64,000 nt of DNA from Eledone cirrhosa (lineage: Eukaryota), in the NCBI GenBank assembly GCA_964016885.1, contig OZ024761.1:23994001-24058000 (forward strand), written 5' to 3'. Both the position numbers and the translations under genes were made by a program. Below are positions 40,762-55,647 of this stretch, one piece after another; the stretch's first letter is position 1; each line of letters starts with the position of its first letter. The notes below the pieces were generated by a model. The model saw only the letters and a list, made by a program, of their open reading frames with translations, was not told the DNA's origin and made no database searches.

Positions 40762-41126
40762 GTATGTATTCCAACCAGATGTTATGTAACTATCAAGTTT
40801 TGTACCTCGGGACATGTCAGATGTGCAGCTCAAGTTAGCTGTTTGGTACTTGCAGTCTGTTATCAGTAAAGCCATGTATTGGCGGTCTAAAGTGAGTAGT
40901 GTCGGCAGCGTTATATGGCGTGGGAGGGAGTGAATTGAGAAGTGGGTGAGGCTGGTTCAGACGGCATCGGTGTTGATGATGATGGTAATGGACACATGGG
41001 ATAGGGAGTCTGTGTGTGTGTGTGTATATATATGTATATATGTATATATATATATATATATATACATGTGTGTATGTGTATATCTATCTCTCTCTCTATA
41101 TATATATGCGTATATATATATATGCG

Positions 41127-41157
<31 letters not shown>

Positions 41158-41281
41158 GGATATACACACACAAAAGCACTTACACACAAATATATGTTCA
41201 TATATATATATATACATACACATATATTTATATATATATATATATATACATACATATACATATACTCATACACGCACACAT

Positions 41282-41313
<32 letters not shown>

Positions 41314-41494
41314 GCGTGTGAACGAGAAAGAGAAGTGTGTGTGTGTGTGTACCTATGTGTAAGTGTGTGTTATGATATATGTATATGTATACCTACACAT
41401 ACACACACACACACACATATATATATAATCCCCCCCCCCCCCCCCCGGCTTCCATTGCATTGATAAGAACACATAGTTCCGGTCGAATTGATAT

Positions 41495-42098
41495 CTGGTG
41501 ATGGTGGCGGTGGTTGTGGTGATGGTGGTGGAAATGGTGGTGGTGGTGGTTGTGGTGATGGTGGTGGAAATGGTGGTGGTGGTGGTGGTTTGTGATGGTG
41601 GTGGTGGAAATGGTGGTGGTGGTGGTGGTGGTGGTGGTGGTGGTGATGGTGGCTATGATGGAGATCGTGGTTTGTGATGGTGGTGGTGGTGATGGTGGCT
41701 ATGATGGTGGTGGAGGTGGTGGTTTGTGATGGTGGTGGAGGTGATAATTTGTGATGGTGGTGGAGGTGGTGGTTTGTGATGGTGGTGGTGGTGGTTTGTG
41801 ATGGTGGTGGTGGAGATGGTGGCTATGATGGTGGTGGAGGTGATAGTTTGTGATGGTGGTGGAGATGGTGGCTATGATGGTGGTGGAGGTGGTGGTTTCT
41901 GATGGTGGTGGAGGTGGTGGTGGTTTGTGATGGTGGTGGAGGTGGTGGCTATGATGGTGGTGGAGGTGATGGTGGCTATGATGGTGGTGGAGGTGATGGT
42001 TTGTGGTGGTGGTGGATGTGATGGTGGTGGTGGTGGTGATGGTGGCTATGATGGTGGTGGAGATGGTGGTTTGTGGTGGTGGTGGTGGTGGAGGAGGG
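41495..42098. repeat. (GGT)n-derived minisatellite
   Basis: Read directly. Confidence 0.92.
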
Positions 42099-42509
42099 GA
42101 ATCATAAGTGTGACGAAATGTCATACTTTGCTAAAACATGGCACTCGTTTGACACGTGCCAAAATTACTACCCATAACCTACGCCACTATCACTCCCCCC
42201 CCACCCCACCACCACACCCGACTCCACCCCTCCAACACCCTCAATTACCGGTGCTAATGATGTTGTTGTTGTTGTGATGTGAACACCGAAAAAGAAGATG
42301 GCGGTGGGGTTCTTTTTGGTGTCGAAGATATCATAATTTTATTATTGTCGTAAAAATGTTTGAATTTTTAATAAAATCTCCTAATAGTGTCTGTATACAC
42401 AAGAGCTAATCCCTCCCCCCTTCTCCCATGCACTCCGTCCCCTCCTGTATACACAAGAACTAATCCCTCCCCCCTTTCTCTCATGCACTCCGTCCCCTCC
42501 CTATACACC

Positions 42510-43018
42510 TATTATCCCTTTTGATACCAAACTCCCAAAGAAACCTCTTCTGGTTTTAAGATGCATTTTTTTATTTTAATTTTAAAGTGTTTATATTTAT
42601 TTTAATACCGTAGAGAGTGTTGACTAGAAATATGGTAACGAAGGGGTTAAATTGTTTATATTAATCTAAAAAATCTTCCAGCCCAATTTTAAGTAATAAA
42701 CTGTGTTAAGTTATGTTCCAAACACCAGCTTCATAATAAGAAAATTATTTTTATATATTATTAAAATCCATCGAAAGGTTTTATTATTTTCAAAATTGTT
42801 TTTAAAATCATAGGCAGTGTCTTTCATCAGAAATATGGTAACAAAGTGTTTAAAGTGTTTATATTAATCTAAAATCTTCCCTAATAATTTTATGCAATAA
42901 CCTGGGTTAAGTTATGTTCCAAACCTCAGCTTAAAAATACCAAAGTTAGTTATATTGCTAAATCCTTCTAAGTTACTAATTGTTTTCCGAAAAATTATTT
43001 GAGAAGGAAAGGGTTAAA
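42510..43018 (+). mobile_element. Three decayed tandem copies of the piggyBac-like MITE
   Basis: Left end TTATCCCTTTTGATACCAA near 42512. Right ends GGTAACGAAGGGGTTAA (about 42650), GGTAACAAAGTGTTTAA (about 42853) and GAAAGGGTTAA (about 43017). Confidence 0.6.
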
Positions 43019-43115
43019 TACATGTTTTGTTTTTCTAATAATAGTAGTAGAAGTAGTAGTAGTAGTAGTAGCAGCACTTGTTAGTTGTTGTAGCACTTAT
43101 TATTATTATTATTAT

Positions 43116-43402
<287 letters not shown>

Positions 43403-43480
43403 GTGTGGAAGTACATTAACAATTTACACTCAATATACCGTGGAATTTGAGCTGTTTTTACAAACATACACATGTATGTT

Positions 43481-43511
<31 letters not shown>

Positions 43512-43545
43512 GTACATATGTATGTATATATATATATATATGTAC

Positions 43546-43576
<31 letters not shown>

Positions 43577-43726
43577 TGTATGTATGTATGTATGTATGTA
43601 TGTATGTATATATATGTACATATGTATGTATGCATGTATATATATATGCGTATATGTATGTATGTATGTATATAAATGTATTTATGCATATATATATATA
43701 TAAATATATATATATATAAATGTATT

Positions 43727-43814
<88 letters not shown>

Positions 43815-43991
43815 TGTCATACATGTGCCTATATGTATATATATACCCATGTATGACATGGAGAATGAAAGTAATTATCATATAGACTATTAATATATAG
43901 AGGCTGGGAATAGCTTGAGGTTTTCTAGTCAAATGTTAGGGCTTTCATCTTTGTATCTTCCATCATATACTTATACACTGTTATCAATATA

Positions 43992-44079
<88 letters not shown>

Positions 44080-44180
44080 TTATATATATATTTATGTATA
44101 TGTCTATACATAGTTATATATTTATAAACACTTAAATACCTACAAACATCTATCCATTGAGGTGTCTGTCGGACTGTATG

Positions 44181-44237
<57 letters not shown>

Positions 44238-44252
44238 CTACATATATATATG

Positions 44253-44301
<49 letters not shown>

Positions 44302-44405
44302 GAAAATATATATATATATATATATAAATATATATATATGTATGTATATATATATTTATATATACATATATTACAGTATATATGTATATATATATACATA
44401 TATAC

Positions 44406-44436
<31 letters not shown>

Positions 44437-44441
44437 CATGT

Positions 44442-44542
<101 letters not shown>

Positions 44543-45208
44543 CTTTCTATGTGAGTGCACGTTTGCATGTCTGGTACTTACGTAACTGTATATATGTATA
44601 TATATTAGACACATACCTTTCGAACGGTATGTATTATATGTAGATGTATATGTATATGCATGTTGTATATTCACATACATATACATATGTATATGAATAT
44701 GTATATATTTATTGATTTGTACAAAAGCGGAACAACAAAACACGCGCGTGCACCGCCCCCCGCCCCCCATTATGCATATATCATTTCGTACTTTTTTCAA
44801 AAAATAAGTATTTATATGGATATTACTAAAGGGCAGCCGTACACACACACACACACACATACACACACACATATACACACATATACAGTCACAGGCACAC
44901 ACACACATACACACACACACGCACGCATACACAGGCAGACGCACGAACACTAAAAAGCCCAACAAGAACGAGATGGGGTGAAGACGTTGGTTATAATTGA
45001 AAGATCTGTGAAAGATAAAAATGATCTTCTAGGAACATCGTTGATAGCTTTCTCTTGATAAACGTTACAATTAACCCTGCTCTGTAAATTACTGCCGGAG
45101 GGGAACTAACTCAATATGTAATAATGATCATAATAATAATGATAATAGTAATAATAATAATAATAATATTAATAATAATAATAATAATAATAATATAATA
45201 GTAATAAT

Positions 45209-45334
45209 AATAATTGTTTCTACTTTTGGCGCAAGGCCAGCAAATTACCCAGTACATTACTGGTACTTTATTTTATCGACCCCGTTAGGATGAAAGGCAA
45301 AGTCAACCTCGGCGGGATTTGAACTCAGAATGGC

Positions 45335-45374
<40 letters not shown>

Positions 45375-45560
45375 GTAATAATTGTTTCTACTTTAGACAC
45401 AAGGCCAGCAAATAACCCAGTGTATTACTGGTACTTTTATTTTATCGACCCCGTAAGGATGAAAGGCAAAGTCAACCTCGGCGGGATTTGAACTCAGATC
45501 GTAAAGGGACGTAACTATGCTGGAAAGCATGGCGTCCGACTCCCTACCGATACTGCCAAT
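45209..45560 (-). mobile_element. Two SINE family 1 copies in (AAT)n
   Basis: Reverse complement of the consensus. Confidence 0.88.
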
Positions 45561-45571
45561 AATAATAATAA

Positions 45572-45950
45572 TTTCCTTATTAGCCACACAGGGCTCACAT
45601 TAAGGAAACATTAAAGATGGTACAGGACGATACAGTGTGTGGTTTTTCTTTGTTAAATAAAATTTATAAAAGAAATTAAGAAAATAAACATTTAAAACAA
45701 ACATAACAACTTCCCCAAAGTTGAGGAGACTCTAAGGGTCACTCGTGTAGAAACCCTACAAAACCCACGGTCACCCTGTACGCTTGGGCAAAGTGTCCTC
45801 TCCCAGTCTTTCTACTCCAATCTACAGGTGTATGCTCAAGGCAGACCCATTCACACGGACCATACTCGCCACTCCCACCCACATTTCAACAAACTGGATA
45901 GAAGGCAGTAATTCCTTCTCCACTCACATTTTCATCCTCATGTGAAATCT
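45572..45950 (-). mobile_element. 5'-truncated Tx1-like element (ORF2 end and 3' UTR) ending in (ATT)n
   Basis: Minus strand translates RFHMRMKM*VEKELLPSIQFVEMWVGVASMVRVNGSALSIHL* (stop at 45822-45824), matching the ORF2 end RYHFGRRIRMEREVLGHRQFYERWVIVARMARVNGPSLYTIL*. The 3' end reads AATAAGGAAATTATTATT. Confidence 0.85.
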
Positions 45951-45956
45951 AATGAT

Positions 45957-46292
45957 AAAATCGACCCCAGTAAATTACTGGTGCTTTATTTTATCGACTC
46001 TTTAAGGATGAAAGGCAAAGCTAACCTCGTCGAGATTCGAACTTAGAATGTAAAATCTATACTGAAAATCATGGCGTTCGACGCTCTACCAGTTCTGCCA
46101 ATCGACCGCCCTAATAATAATTGTTTCTACTTTTGGCACAAGGCCAGCAATTAACCAGTGTATTACTGGTACTTTATTTTATCGACCCCGTAAGGTTGAA
46201 AGGCAAAGTTAACCTCGGCGGGATTTGAAATCACACTGTAAAGGGACGTAACTATGCTAGAAAGCATGGCGTCCAACCCTCTACCGATACTG
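45957..46292 (-). mobile_element. Two SINE family 1 copies (one older and diverged)
   Basis: Reverse complement of the consensus. Confidence 0.85.
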
Positions 46293-46441
46293 ATAATAAT
46301 AATAATGATTTCTTTATAATAATAAATGATAACTATCATAATGATAATGATAATGATAATTATAATTATTATGATATTAGCCACAACAACAACAGTGACA
46401 ATAACAATAACAAAATTAACAAAATTCACAATGAAAAAAAA

Positions 46442-46481
<40 letters not shown>

Positions 46482-46587
46482 TACACTACTAAACATTATG
46501 ACTAGCTAAAATACCACCATCAGCAGCAACAACAACAATAACGGCAATGGTATATATATATATACATATATATACATATATATATAC

Positions 46588-46675
<88 letters not shown>

Positions 46676-46934
46676 CTATTATAAAAGTATTATTATTACA
46701 TTATTAGTCAACGATATTACAATAATTATTATTATCATTGTCCCCCTTTCTTCTAATCACCCCCTCCTCCTCTTCCCCCCCCATCTCTCTCTCCTCCTTT
46801 TCCTCCCCTCATCATTGCCATAGTCCTTATCATCTTAATTCATTATTGTAACTATTATTATAGTTATTATCATTATTGTAAATTATTATTTCAGGTTTTA
46901 CTAATGTTGTTGTTGTTGTTGTTGTTGTTGTTGG

Positions 46935-46983
<49 letters not shown>

Positions 46984-47012
46984 GGTGGTGGTGGTGGTGT
47001 TGTTGGTGGTGA

Positions 47013-47043
<31 letters not shown>

Positions 47044-47604
47044 ATCATTACTTCATTGTTTCTTTGTTTTTGTGTAATGAAGTATTCAATATTGATTACG
47101 TCTAACTAGGCACAATGGTATATTGTTCCAGGGTGTGGTTGGGGTGACAGTGTTCATAATTGATTGAATGAAACCAACCTCTATCCTCACACCATTATAC
47201 CATATTCTCTTATCTACTTTTTAATTCGTCTTATTATATTTTATTCAAAAAAACACCACACCACACCATACCACACCATACCGCACCGCACCGCACCACA
47301 GCACAAGCACACTGCACCACACAGCTTTTTTTTTTTCTGTTCGGTTTTCTCACATTTGTCTATATCGCAAAATAGGCAAATAGCTACAGCAATGGCATAT
47401 GAAGACGCAGTCTTTCTCCAATAAAGAAGAAAGTTTTAAAGGAGTATAACAACAACATAGAGTTATCACTTTACCACTTCCAAAACATAAACTCAACAAT
47501 ACATATCTTATTTGTGACAAACAAAAACCAAAGCGTTGCATATACAGAGAGAGAGCGAGAGAGAGACGGAAGGAGGGAGAGATATATAGATAAAGAGAGT
47601 GAGT

Positions 47605-47635
<31 letters not shown>

Positions 47636-47638
<3 letters not shown>

Positions 47639-47833
47639 AACGAGTAGGACCCCGACGGCTGAGCTCAAGCCGTTTCGACAGCTAATTCTGGACTCAGTCC
47701 AGAATTAGCCGTCGAAATGGCTTGAGCTCAGCCGTCGGGCTCCTACACGTTCCTATTACCTACTCTACTACCCTAAGTATTGAGTACTTTGGTGCGTTAT
47801 GGCCCACCTGGTTCCTTACCACATTTCCTTCGT
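47636..47833. mobile_element. Fold-back element, family C, flanked by (TA)n
   Basis: About 50-bp arms centred on TCA at 47694-47696. The right arm continues through AAGTATTGAGTAC to CATTTCCTTCGT|TATATA. Confidence 0.72.
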
Positions 47834-47853
47834 TATATATATATATATATATT

Positions 47854-47995
47854 ATGAGTTCAAATCCCACCGAGGTTAGCTTTACTTTTCATACTTACGG
47901 AGTCGATAAACAAAGTACCAGTAATGCACTGGGGGCGATTTCATCAGCTTTCCCTTTCCCAAATTGCTGGCCTTGTGCCTAAAGTAGAAAACATT
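47854..47995 (+). mobile_element. SINE family 1, 5'-truncated
   Basis: Starts at B-box GAGTTCAAATCC. Confidence 0.82.
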
Positions 47996-48010
47996 ATTAT
48001 TATTATTATT

Positions 48011-49072
48011 CTTTGAGTCTCAGTCATTGATGTTAGTTAACTGGAAAGTTTGTTGAAATGAATATCAAGCCACTACCTGCAGCCTCGGATATTCAGGACG
48101 TATCGGAGGGTTCTTGCTGTTCCCAGCAAGCATGCCTTTTGAAGCGTTCCAAAAAGCGTGGCGGGGCCAATTTCTTTAACCATCCCTGGAAACTTTTTGA
48201 GTTAGTACCTAGTGCGCCTATGACAATCGAGACCACTTTGACTTCATGGCAGTTCCAAATCCTTTTTACCTCCCACTTTAAGTCCTCGTATCGGTTAATT
48301 TTCTCCCTCTCCTTCTCCTGCACTCTCGTGTCGAATGGGCAGGCCACATCCACAATCAGGTACGATCTTTTTTCCTTGTCCCAAACCACCAGGTCATGTC
48401 TATTGTGTTCCAGTTTCTTGTCCGTCTGTATCCTAAAATCCCACAGCACCTTCACCTGATCGTTTTCTATCACCGACTCTGGTTTATGCTCATACCACTT
48501 CTCAGAATGTGGTAAATTGTTTACTTTGCATAGGTGCCAGTGGATCACCCTGCCCATCACATCATGTCTCCAGCCCTTATAGTGAGTCTGGGCTAGGTGT
48601 TTACACTCGGATATAATGTGAGCCACAGTCTCCACTCTCTCTCCACAGATCCTGCACAGTGGGCTAGCCTCCACCTTGTAAATATGGTGTTTCAACCACT
48701 TCGTTTTGAGGGTCTGCTCTTGCGCAGCCATTAGCATTCCTTATGTAGCCATTTTAAGGTCTCCTCTTTTAAACCAGTTCCATGTCTGTGGATCTCTGAA
48801 TTCAGTTTTCTCAAAGAAGGTACTATGAAGGGATTTTTCCTGAAGGCTGCTCTTTCTCCTTGTTATTTCCTCCTTTGACATCCCCTGGTCTATTGTCCTC
48901 TCCTTCAGTACGATTCTGAGCATTGGCTCCCTACTATCAGTCACGTATTTGTGTAGGTTATTTTTCTCCATCTGAACACAGTCCTCTATGCTGATAAGAC
49001 CTCTTCCACCTTCAGATCTCCTTAAGTAGAGTCTATCGACATCACTCCTCTTGTGGAACATGAAGATAGTCA
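48011..49072 (-). mobile_element. R4/Dong-clade non-LTR retrotransposon, 5'-truncated and disrupted
   Basis: SDVDRLYLRRSEGGRGL, CRICGERVETVAHIISEC, RHD, VLWDFRIQTD..NRHDLVV..IVDVACP..EKINRYEDL..VIGALG indicate a restriction-like endonuclease. Flanked by (TTA)n on both sides. Confidence 0.9.
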
Positions 49073-49100
49073 ATTTATTATTATTATTATTATTATTGTT

Positions 49101-49249
49101 ATTCCTTGAATCTCAGTCATTGATGTTGGTTAACTGGAAAGTCCGTTGGATTGAATATCAAGCTACTACCTGCAGCCTAAGATATTCAGGACGTATCGGA
49201 GGGTTCTTGCTGTTCCAAGCAAGCATGCCTTTTGAAGCGTTCCAAAAAG
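49101..49249 (-). mobile_element. Short 3' fragment of the same R4/Dong family
   Basis: Near copy of 48013-48155, bounded by (TTA)n. Confidence 0.88.
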
Positions 49250-49250
49250 C

Positions 49251-49326
<76 letters not shown>

Positions 49327-49342
49327 GTTATTATTTTTATTA

Positions 49343-49830
49343 CAGTTGCATTTATCTTGCTTTATGTTCATACGAGATATCACCAAGTCACAACCAGTGA
49401 CCTCAAGAGACAACAAGGTCCGCCATGTTCAAGAAAGAACATACATACACACACGTGCATCTTTAGGTGTTTAGACTTGTGATGTACTTATATTGACAGA
49501 ATCTACCTTAGTATATGGGCAGTTCCGATTAGTACTATCTTTTGTATTTCTCCTATACGCGGGTTTCCTGGGATTTGCGATAAGTAATCAATAGACCCCT
49601 TAGGTATCATTCCCAGAGCGCCTACAACCACTGGTATTGTTTTAGTTCTCAACTTCCACATTTTTCCAATCTCTATCTCTAAGTCTTTATGCTTGCTCAA
49701 TTTTTCAAATCTTTTTATAGATACACTCTTGTCTATTGGAACGGACATATCAATTAGCAGGCATACCCTCTTTTTAAAGTCCTTCAGTATTATATCAGGT
49801 CTATTTGCATCTATTTCTCGGTCTGTATAT
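49343..49830 (-). mobile_element. Second R4/Dong-like family, 3' fragment
   Basis: TDREIDANRPDIILKD..CLLIDMSVPID..EKLSKHKDLEIEIGKMWKLRTKTIPVVVGALG..IQKIVLIGTAHILR. The 3' end runs into (TAA)n. Confidence 0.88.
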
Positions 49831-49924
49831 AAAGATCTGTAGGCGATGAATTGATAGTGTTATTAGAATGATTTGCTATATTCCGTTCAGCCTCTCTGGG
49901 CGATGAGTTCAAATATCACATAGG

Positions 49925-50089
49925 CAGAGCCGGATTTAGGACAAGTGAGGCACTAGTTAAGTTATGAGGCCCTTTACTTGGGCCCAGAAGAAGGTAAAAA
50001 AAAAAGATTTGGCAAGAAGATGGCCCCTTTCTTGGTGAACGAAGCCCTGTGTTTAAGCACACCTAAGCACAATGGTAAGTCCGGCACTG
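49925..50089. mobile_element. hAT-like MITE inserted in a decayed SINE
   Basis: TIRs CAGAGCCGGATTTA / TAAGTCCGGCACTG. It splits a SINE between GAGTTCAAATATCAC and CGAAGTCAACTCTGCCTTTCATCC. Confidence 0.7.
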
Positions 50090-50379
50090 CACCGAAGTCA
50101 ACTCTGCCTTTCATCCTTCTCATCTGTCGCAACATATAATTTTATATGTGAAGCTACGTGCCTTAGTGGTTAGGCTGTTTGGTTAACGACCGTAAGTTGA
50201 TGAGTTCGATTTCTGGTGGCACGTTCTGTCCAGTCAGCTGGGGCTGGCACAAATGATTTGTACTTGTAATGAGCCAGTCACGTCACATCATCAAATCAAT
50301 ACTGTTGATTGATCACATCAATATTATTGATTGATTTCTTACTTAGGCACCAAGCCACAGTTTGTATAGACATAATATA

Positions 50380-50434
<55 letters not shown>

Positions 50435-50732
50435 TATGGATGTGCGTAGAGTTAAAATTCTTCTCCGGTTCTCACATTATACCATCGACATTATTTTCAT
50501 ATTTTTTCTTACTCATCATCACCACCATCACCATCATCATCACCATCACCATCATCACCATCAGCACCATTATCACCATCATCACCATCACCACCACCTC
50601 CATCACCATCATCACCATCATCATTCTTGTAAAATGTCATTCCTTTCATTCTCTGTACTCTTCCTTCCTCTTGTCTTTCCTTCAAACTCTTCTTCCTTCA
50701 TTCACTCATCCATATTTTTCGTTCCCCCACTA

Positions 50733-50819
<87 letters not shown>

Positions 50820-50830
50820 TTATATATATA

Positions 50831-50869
<39 letters not shown>

Positions 50870-50959
50870 CGCATCACATACATTTACCTACTAACACAAT
50901 TATCAATAAACGAACGCACACAAAAATAATCCCACACACTTACCAACATCTTACGTATG

Positions 50960-51036
<77 letters not shown>

Positions 51037-51126
51037 CGCATCACATACATTTACCTACTAACACAATTATCAATAAACGAACGCACACAAAAATAATCCC
51101 ACACACTTACCAACATCTTACGTATG

Positions 51127-51224
<98 letters not shown>

Positions 51225-51353
51225 TATACACACTACTAAACATTATAACATTAGCTACATACATATATATATATATCACGTATAATATGATTAGGGTGTG
51301 TATCATTCTTTATGAGTTAAATGTGTGTATATATGTGTATATACACACATCAT

Positions 51354-51411
<58 letters not shown>

Positions 51412-51769
51412 CTTTTACCTCCTATACATATATATATATTAAACGATCATGCTTGATTTCTCATGGGGTCCCACCTCACCCCCATCATAGCTTCCTCCTT
51501 ATGTCTGCTCTATCATCCACTTACTGGGGGATTTTTATATAGGTGGCGCTGCTGGTGGTATTAATATATGTGGCGCTGGTAGTGGTGGTGGTGCTGGCAT
51601 TAATTTGCATGTTATCACATCTCAAGATCTGAGCCTAATGGAGTCAGTTATAAATTCACTTTCGTCAATAGATAAATTATATTATATACAAAATAGTTGA
51701 AGTTTTACTGATGGTGGTGTTAACTAGGTTTACTGTTGTTGGCGGTGGTGGTGATGGTAGGGATTCCTG

Positions 51770-52372
51770 TTCTTGTTGTTGGTGTTGGTGGTGGTGATGT
51801 TTTTTGCGTTATTGTTGTTGGTGTTTGTGTTGTTGTCATTGTTGTTGTTCTTGTCGTTGGTGTTGTTGTTGGTGTTTTTTGTCATCCCTGTTATTATCGT
51901 TAATGGTAATGCTGTTGTTGGTGTTGTTGTTATTGCTACTTCTGCTTGTGGCTTGTGATGTGTTTGGCGTTGTTGTTGTTGTTGGCGTTGTGGTCGTTTT
52001 TGTTGCTGCTGCTTGTGTGATTTTTTTTGGCGTTGTTGTCATTGTTGTTGTCGTTAACGGTGGTATTGATAATGTTGTTATAGTCATCGTTGTAGTTGGT
52101 TGTGATGTTGTTGGTATATATATATTGATGTTGTCGTTGGTGTTGCTGTTGTTGTTGTTGCTGTTGTTGTTGTTTGTGGTGATGTTGTTGTCATTGTTAG
52201 TGGGGTTGTTGTTGTTGTGGTTGTTGTTGTTGTGGTTGTTGTTGTTGTTGTCATTGTTAGTGAGGTTGTTGTTGTTTGTGGTGATGTTGTTATCATTGTT
52301 AGTGGGGTTGTTGTTGTGGTTGATGTTGTTGTCATTGTTAGTGGGGTTGTTGTTGTTGTTGTGGTTGTTGTT
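51770..52372. repeat. (GTT)n-derived low-complexity repeat
   Basis: Read directly. Confidence 0.88.
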
Positions 52373-52576
52373 CTATGTGTGTGTGTGTGTGTGTGCTGGT
52401 GGTATTGTCACCGTTGCTATCAGTGCTGTTGTTGTTATTAGTACGCGTGTGTGTGTGAGGAAGAAAGCGGGAGAGTGTGTGTGTGTGTGTGTGTGAGAGA
52501 GAGAAAGAGAGAGAGAGTGTGTGTGAGTGTTGTTCTTGATGGTGGAGTTTTTTGTTGGTATTGTCGTGTCATCGGT

Positions 52577-52806
52577 CTATGTATGTCTGTCTGTCTGTAT
52601 GTATCTATGTATGTATATGTGTATGTATGTGTCTGTATGTATTTATGTATGTATGTATGTCTGTCTGTCTGTATGTATCTATGTATGTATATGTGTATGT
52701 ATGTATCTATGTATCTATGTATGTATGTATGTATGTATGTCTGTATGTATGTATGTATGTCTGTATGTATGTATGTATGTATATATGTTGTATGTATGTA
52801 TGTATG

Positions 52807-52840
<34 letters not shown>

Positions 52841-53146
52841 TCTATGTATGAATGTATCTGTGTATGTATGTATGTATGTATGTCTGTATGTATGTATGTA
52901 TGTATGTATGTATGTATGTATGTATGTATGTATCTATGTATGAATGTATATGTGTATGTATGTATGTATGTATGTATGTATGTATGTATGTATGTATGTA
53001 TGTATGTATGTATATATGTATGTATGTATGTATGTATCTATGTATGAATATATATGTGTATGTATGTATGTCTGTCTGTATGTATGTATGTATGTATGTA
53101 TGTATGTATGTATGTATGTATGTATGTATGTATGTATGTATGTATG
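52577..53146. repeat. (TATG)n microsatellite
   Basis: Read directly. Confidence 0.95.
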
Positions 53147-53386
53147 TTTCTCTTAATTTCGAGTACATTTGTGACCGGCCACCTTCCTGGTGGCAAGGTT
53201 TTAAAAGAAAAGAAATTGCCATCCCTTGAGTTGCAAGATTGTTTTGCAAATTTTGAATGTGCCAGATATCGTGGCCATTTGTGTGTATGTATGTATGTAT
53301 GAATAGTTGTATGTATATAATTAAGCATGTATGTATGTTATGTATATATATATATATATATTTATTTATGTATGTATATATGCATA

Positions 53387-53430
<44 letters not shown>

Positions 53431-53569
53431 TATACATATAAAATTGTTCCATTTATCTATGCATATAAATATATATATGTGTGTGTGTGTGTATTTGTAT
53501 CCCGGGGTAACCACAGTGTGTAAGGTACTCAATACATAGCAGAGTATAAATAAGATTTAATAAAGAAAT

Positions 53570-53621
53570 GGCTTCTACAGAACTAGAACTATTTCGTTCG
53601 GAGGAAATCATCAGGGAAGCC
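53570..53621 (-). ncRNA. Hammerhead ribozyme motif (family D)
   Basis: Reverse complement reads GGCTTCC-CTGATGA(53608-53614)-TTTC ctcc GAAC-GAAA-TAGTTCTA-GTT|CTGTAGAAGCC. Stem I is GGCTTC/GAAGCC with an internal loop, and stem II is weak. Confidence 0.62.
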
Positions 53622-53650
53622 TTATGATTTCCTTTAACAGTTCTCTAGAA

Positions 53651-53719
<69 letters not shown>

Positions 53720-53740
53720 GTATATATGTATCTATATATG

Positions 53741-53789
<49 letters not shown>

Positions 53790-53889
53790 TTACATATATA
53801 TATATATATATATATACATAAATATATATATACACACACGCATATATATATTTATATATATTATAAATATATATATATATAAATGTATG

Positions 53890-53923
<34 letters not shown>

Positions 53924-54032
53924 TACACATACATATATATATATATATACATACATATATATATATATATACATATATATATACATATATATATACATAT
54001 ATATATACATATATATATACATATATATATAC

Positions 54033-54092
<60 letters not shown>

Positions 54093-54522
54093 ATATATAT
54101 GTAGGTAGAACTAATAACAAAAATAACCAATATATATCAGGCTACAAAGAATTGAGGTTCTATTCCCGCCTGGCTTGCAATAGTTTCTTAATTATGGATA
54201 CCCGTTTCATTTAATATATAATTTATATATCAAACGTCGGTAATTATGCATCCATATACACCTATACAGGTACACATACATCTAAGCAGGCATACATACA
54301 CGTATGCGCATGCGTGCCCTAATGCATACATACCTACATATATATACATGCATGTGTCTCCCACACACTCCATCTCCCCACATGTATGTATGTATGTATG
54401 TATGTATGTATGTATGTATGTATGTATGTATGTATGTATGTATGTATATATGTATGTATATATATATATATGTATATATGTATATATATATTTATATATA
54501 TGTGTATATATATATATTTATA

Positions 54523-54573
<51 letters not shown>

Positions 54574-54588
54574 GTATATATATGTATA

Positions 54589-54735
<147 letters not shown>

Positions 54736-54855
54736 AGCGAGAACAATAGATATATGAATGTACAAATCAACGAGAATATATTTACAAATATTTGTATACA
54801 AGTAATTGAAAATATATATAATTATATAGACATGTAGATATATATATAAATATAA

Positions 54856-54898
<43 letters not shown>

Positions 54899-54908
54899 CA
54901 CACACACG

Positions 54909-54939
<31 letters not shown>

Positions 54940-54986
54940 CTCCATTCATATATATTTTTAATTACTTATATACAAATATTTATAAA

Positions 54987-55058
<72 letters not shown>

Positions 55059-55138
55059 CATTTACACACACACACCCACATGCACACACAGATATACACA
55101 TGTACATACATGTGTGTGTGTCTGGAAGATGGGTAGAA

Positions 55139-55203
<65 letters not shown>

Positions 55204-55294
55204 GAGAGAGAGAGGCCTGGCTATTATAACTTCAGAATTATACCTCAACTGCCACACTCTTTCTCTCTCACATTTCATTTTCACACCCACACGT

Positions 55295-55351
<57 letters not shown>

Positions 55352-55480
55352 CACACACTGACGCACACACACACATAGACACACAAACACATCCACACAC
55401 ACACACACACACACATAGACACATCCACATGCACACACTGACACACACATATATCTATATATATACTTATATATATAAAA

Positions 55481-55645
55481 AGCATGTAGCTCAGTGGTTG
55501 CAGTGCTGGGCTTGCAATCGTGAAGTTGTGAGTTCGATTGTCAACCCGGGTGATATGTTGTGTCCTTGAACAGTTTACTCAGATATAGAGTTGTGACGTC
55601 ACTGGAACCAAGCTGTATCGATCATTGCCTTTCTTTTGGACAACA
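55481..55645 (+). mobile_element. Diverged tRNA-derived SINE (family 2)
   Basis: A-box TAGCTCAGTGG, B-box GAGTTCGATT, then TTGTGTCCTTGAACA. A similar decayed copy lies at about 50150-50290. Confidence 0.65.
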
Positions 55646-55647
55646 TC

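Noticed and set aside
40770-40900. Possible plus-strand exon ending AAA|GTGAGT
   Set aside because: No recognisable protein and no partner exons.
55481-55560. Possible tRNA gene
   Set aside because: A and B boxes are present but there is no acceptor stem or cloverleaf, and it continues into a SINE-like body.
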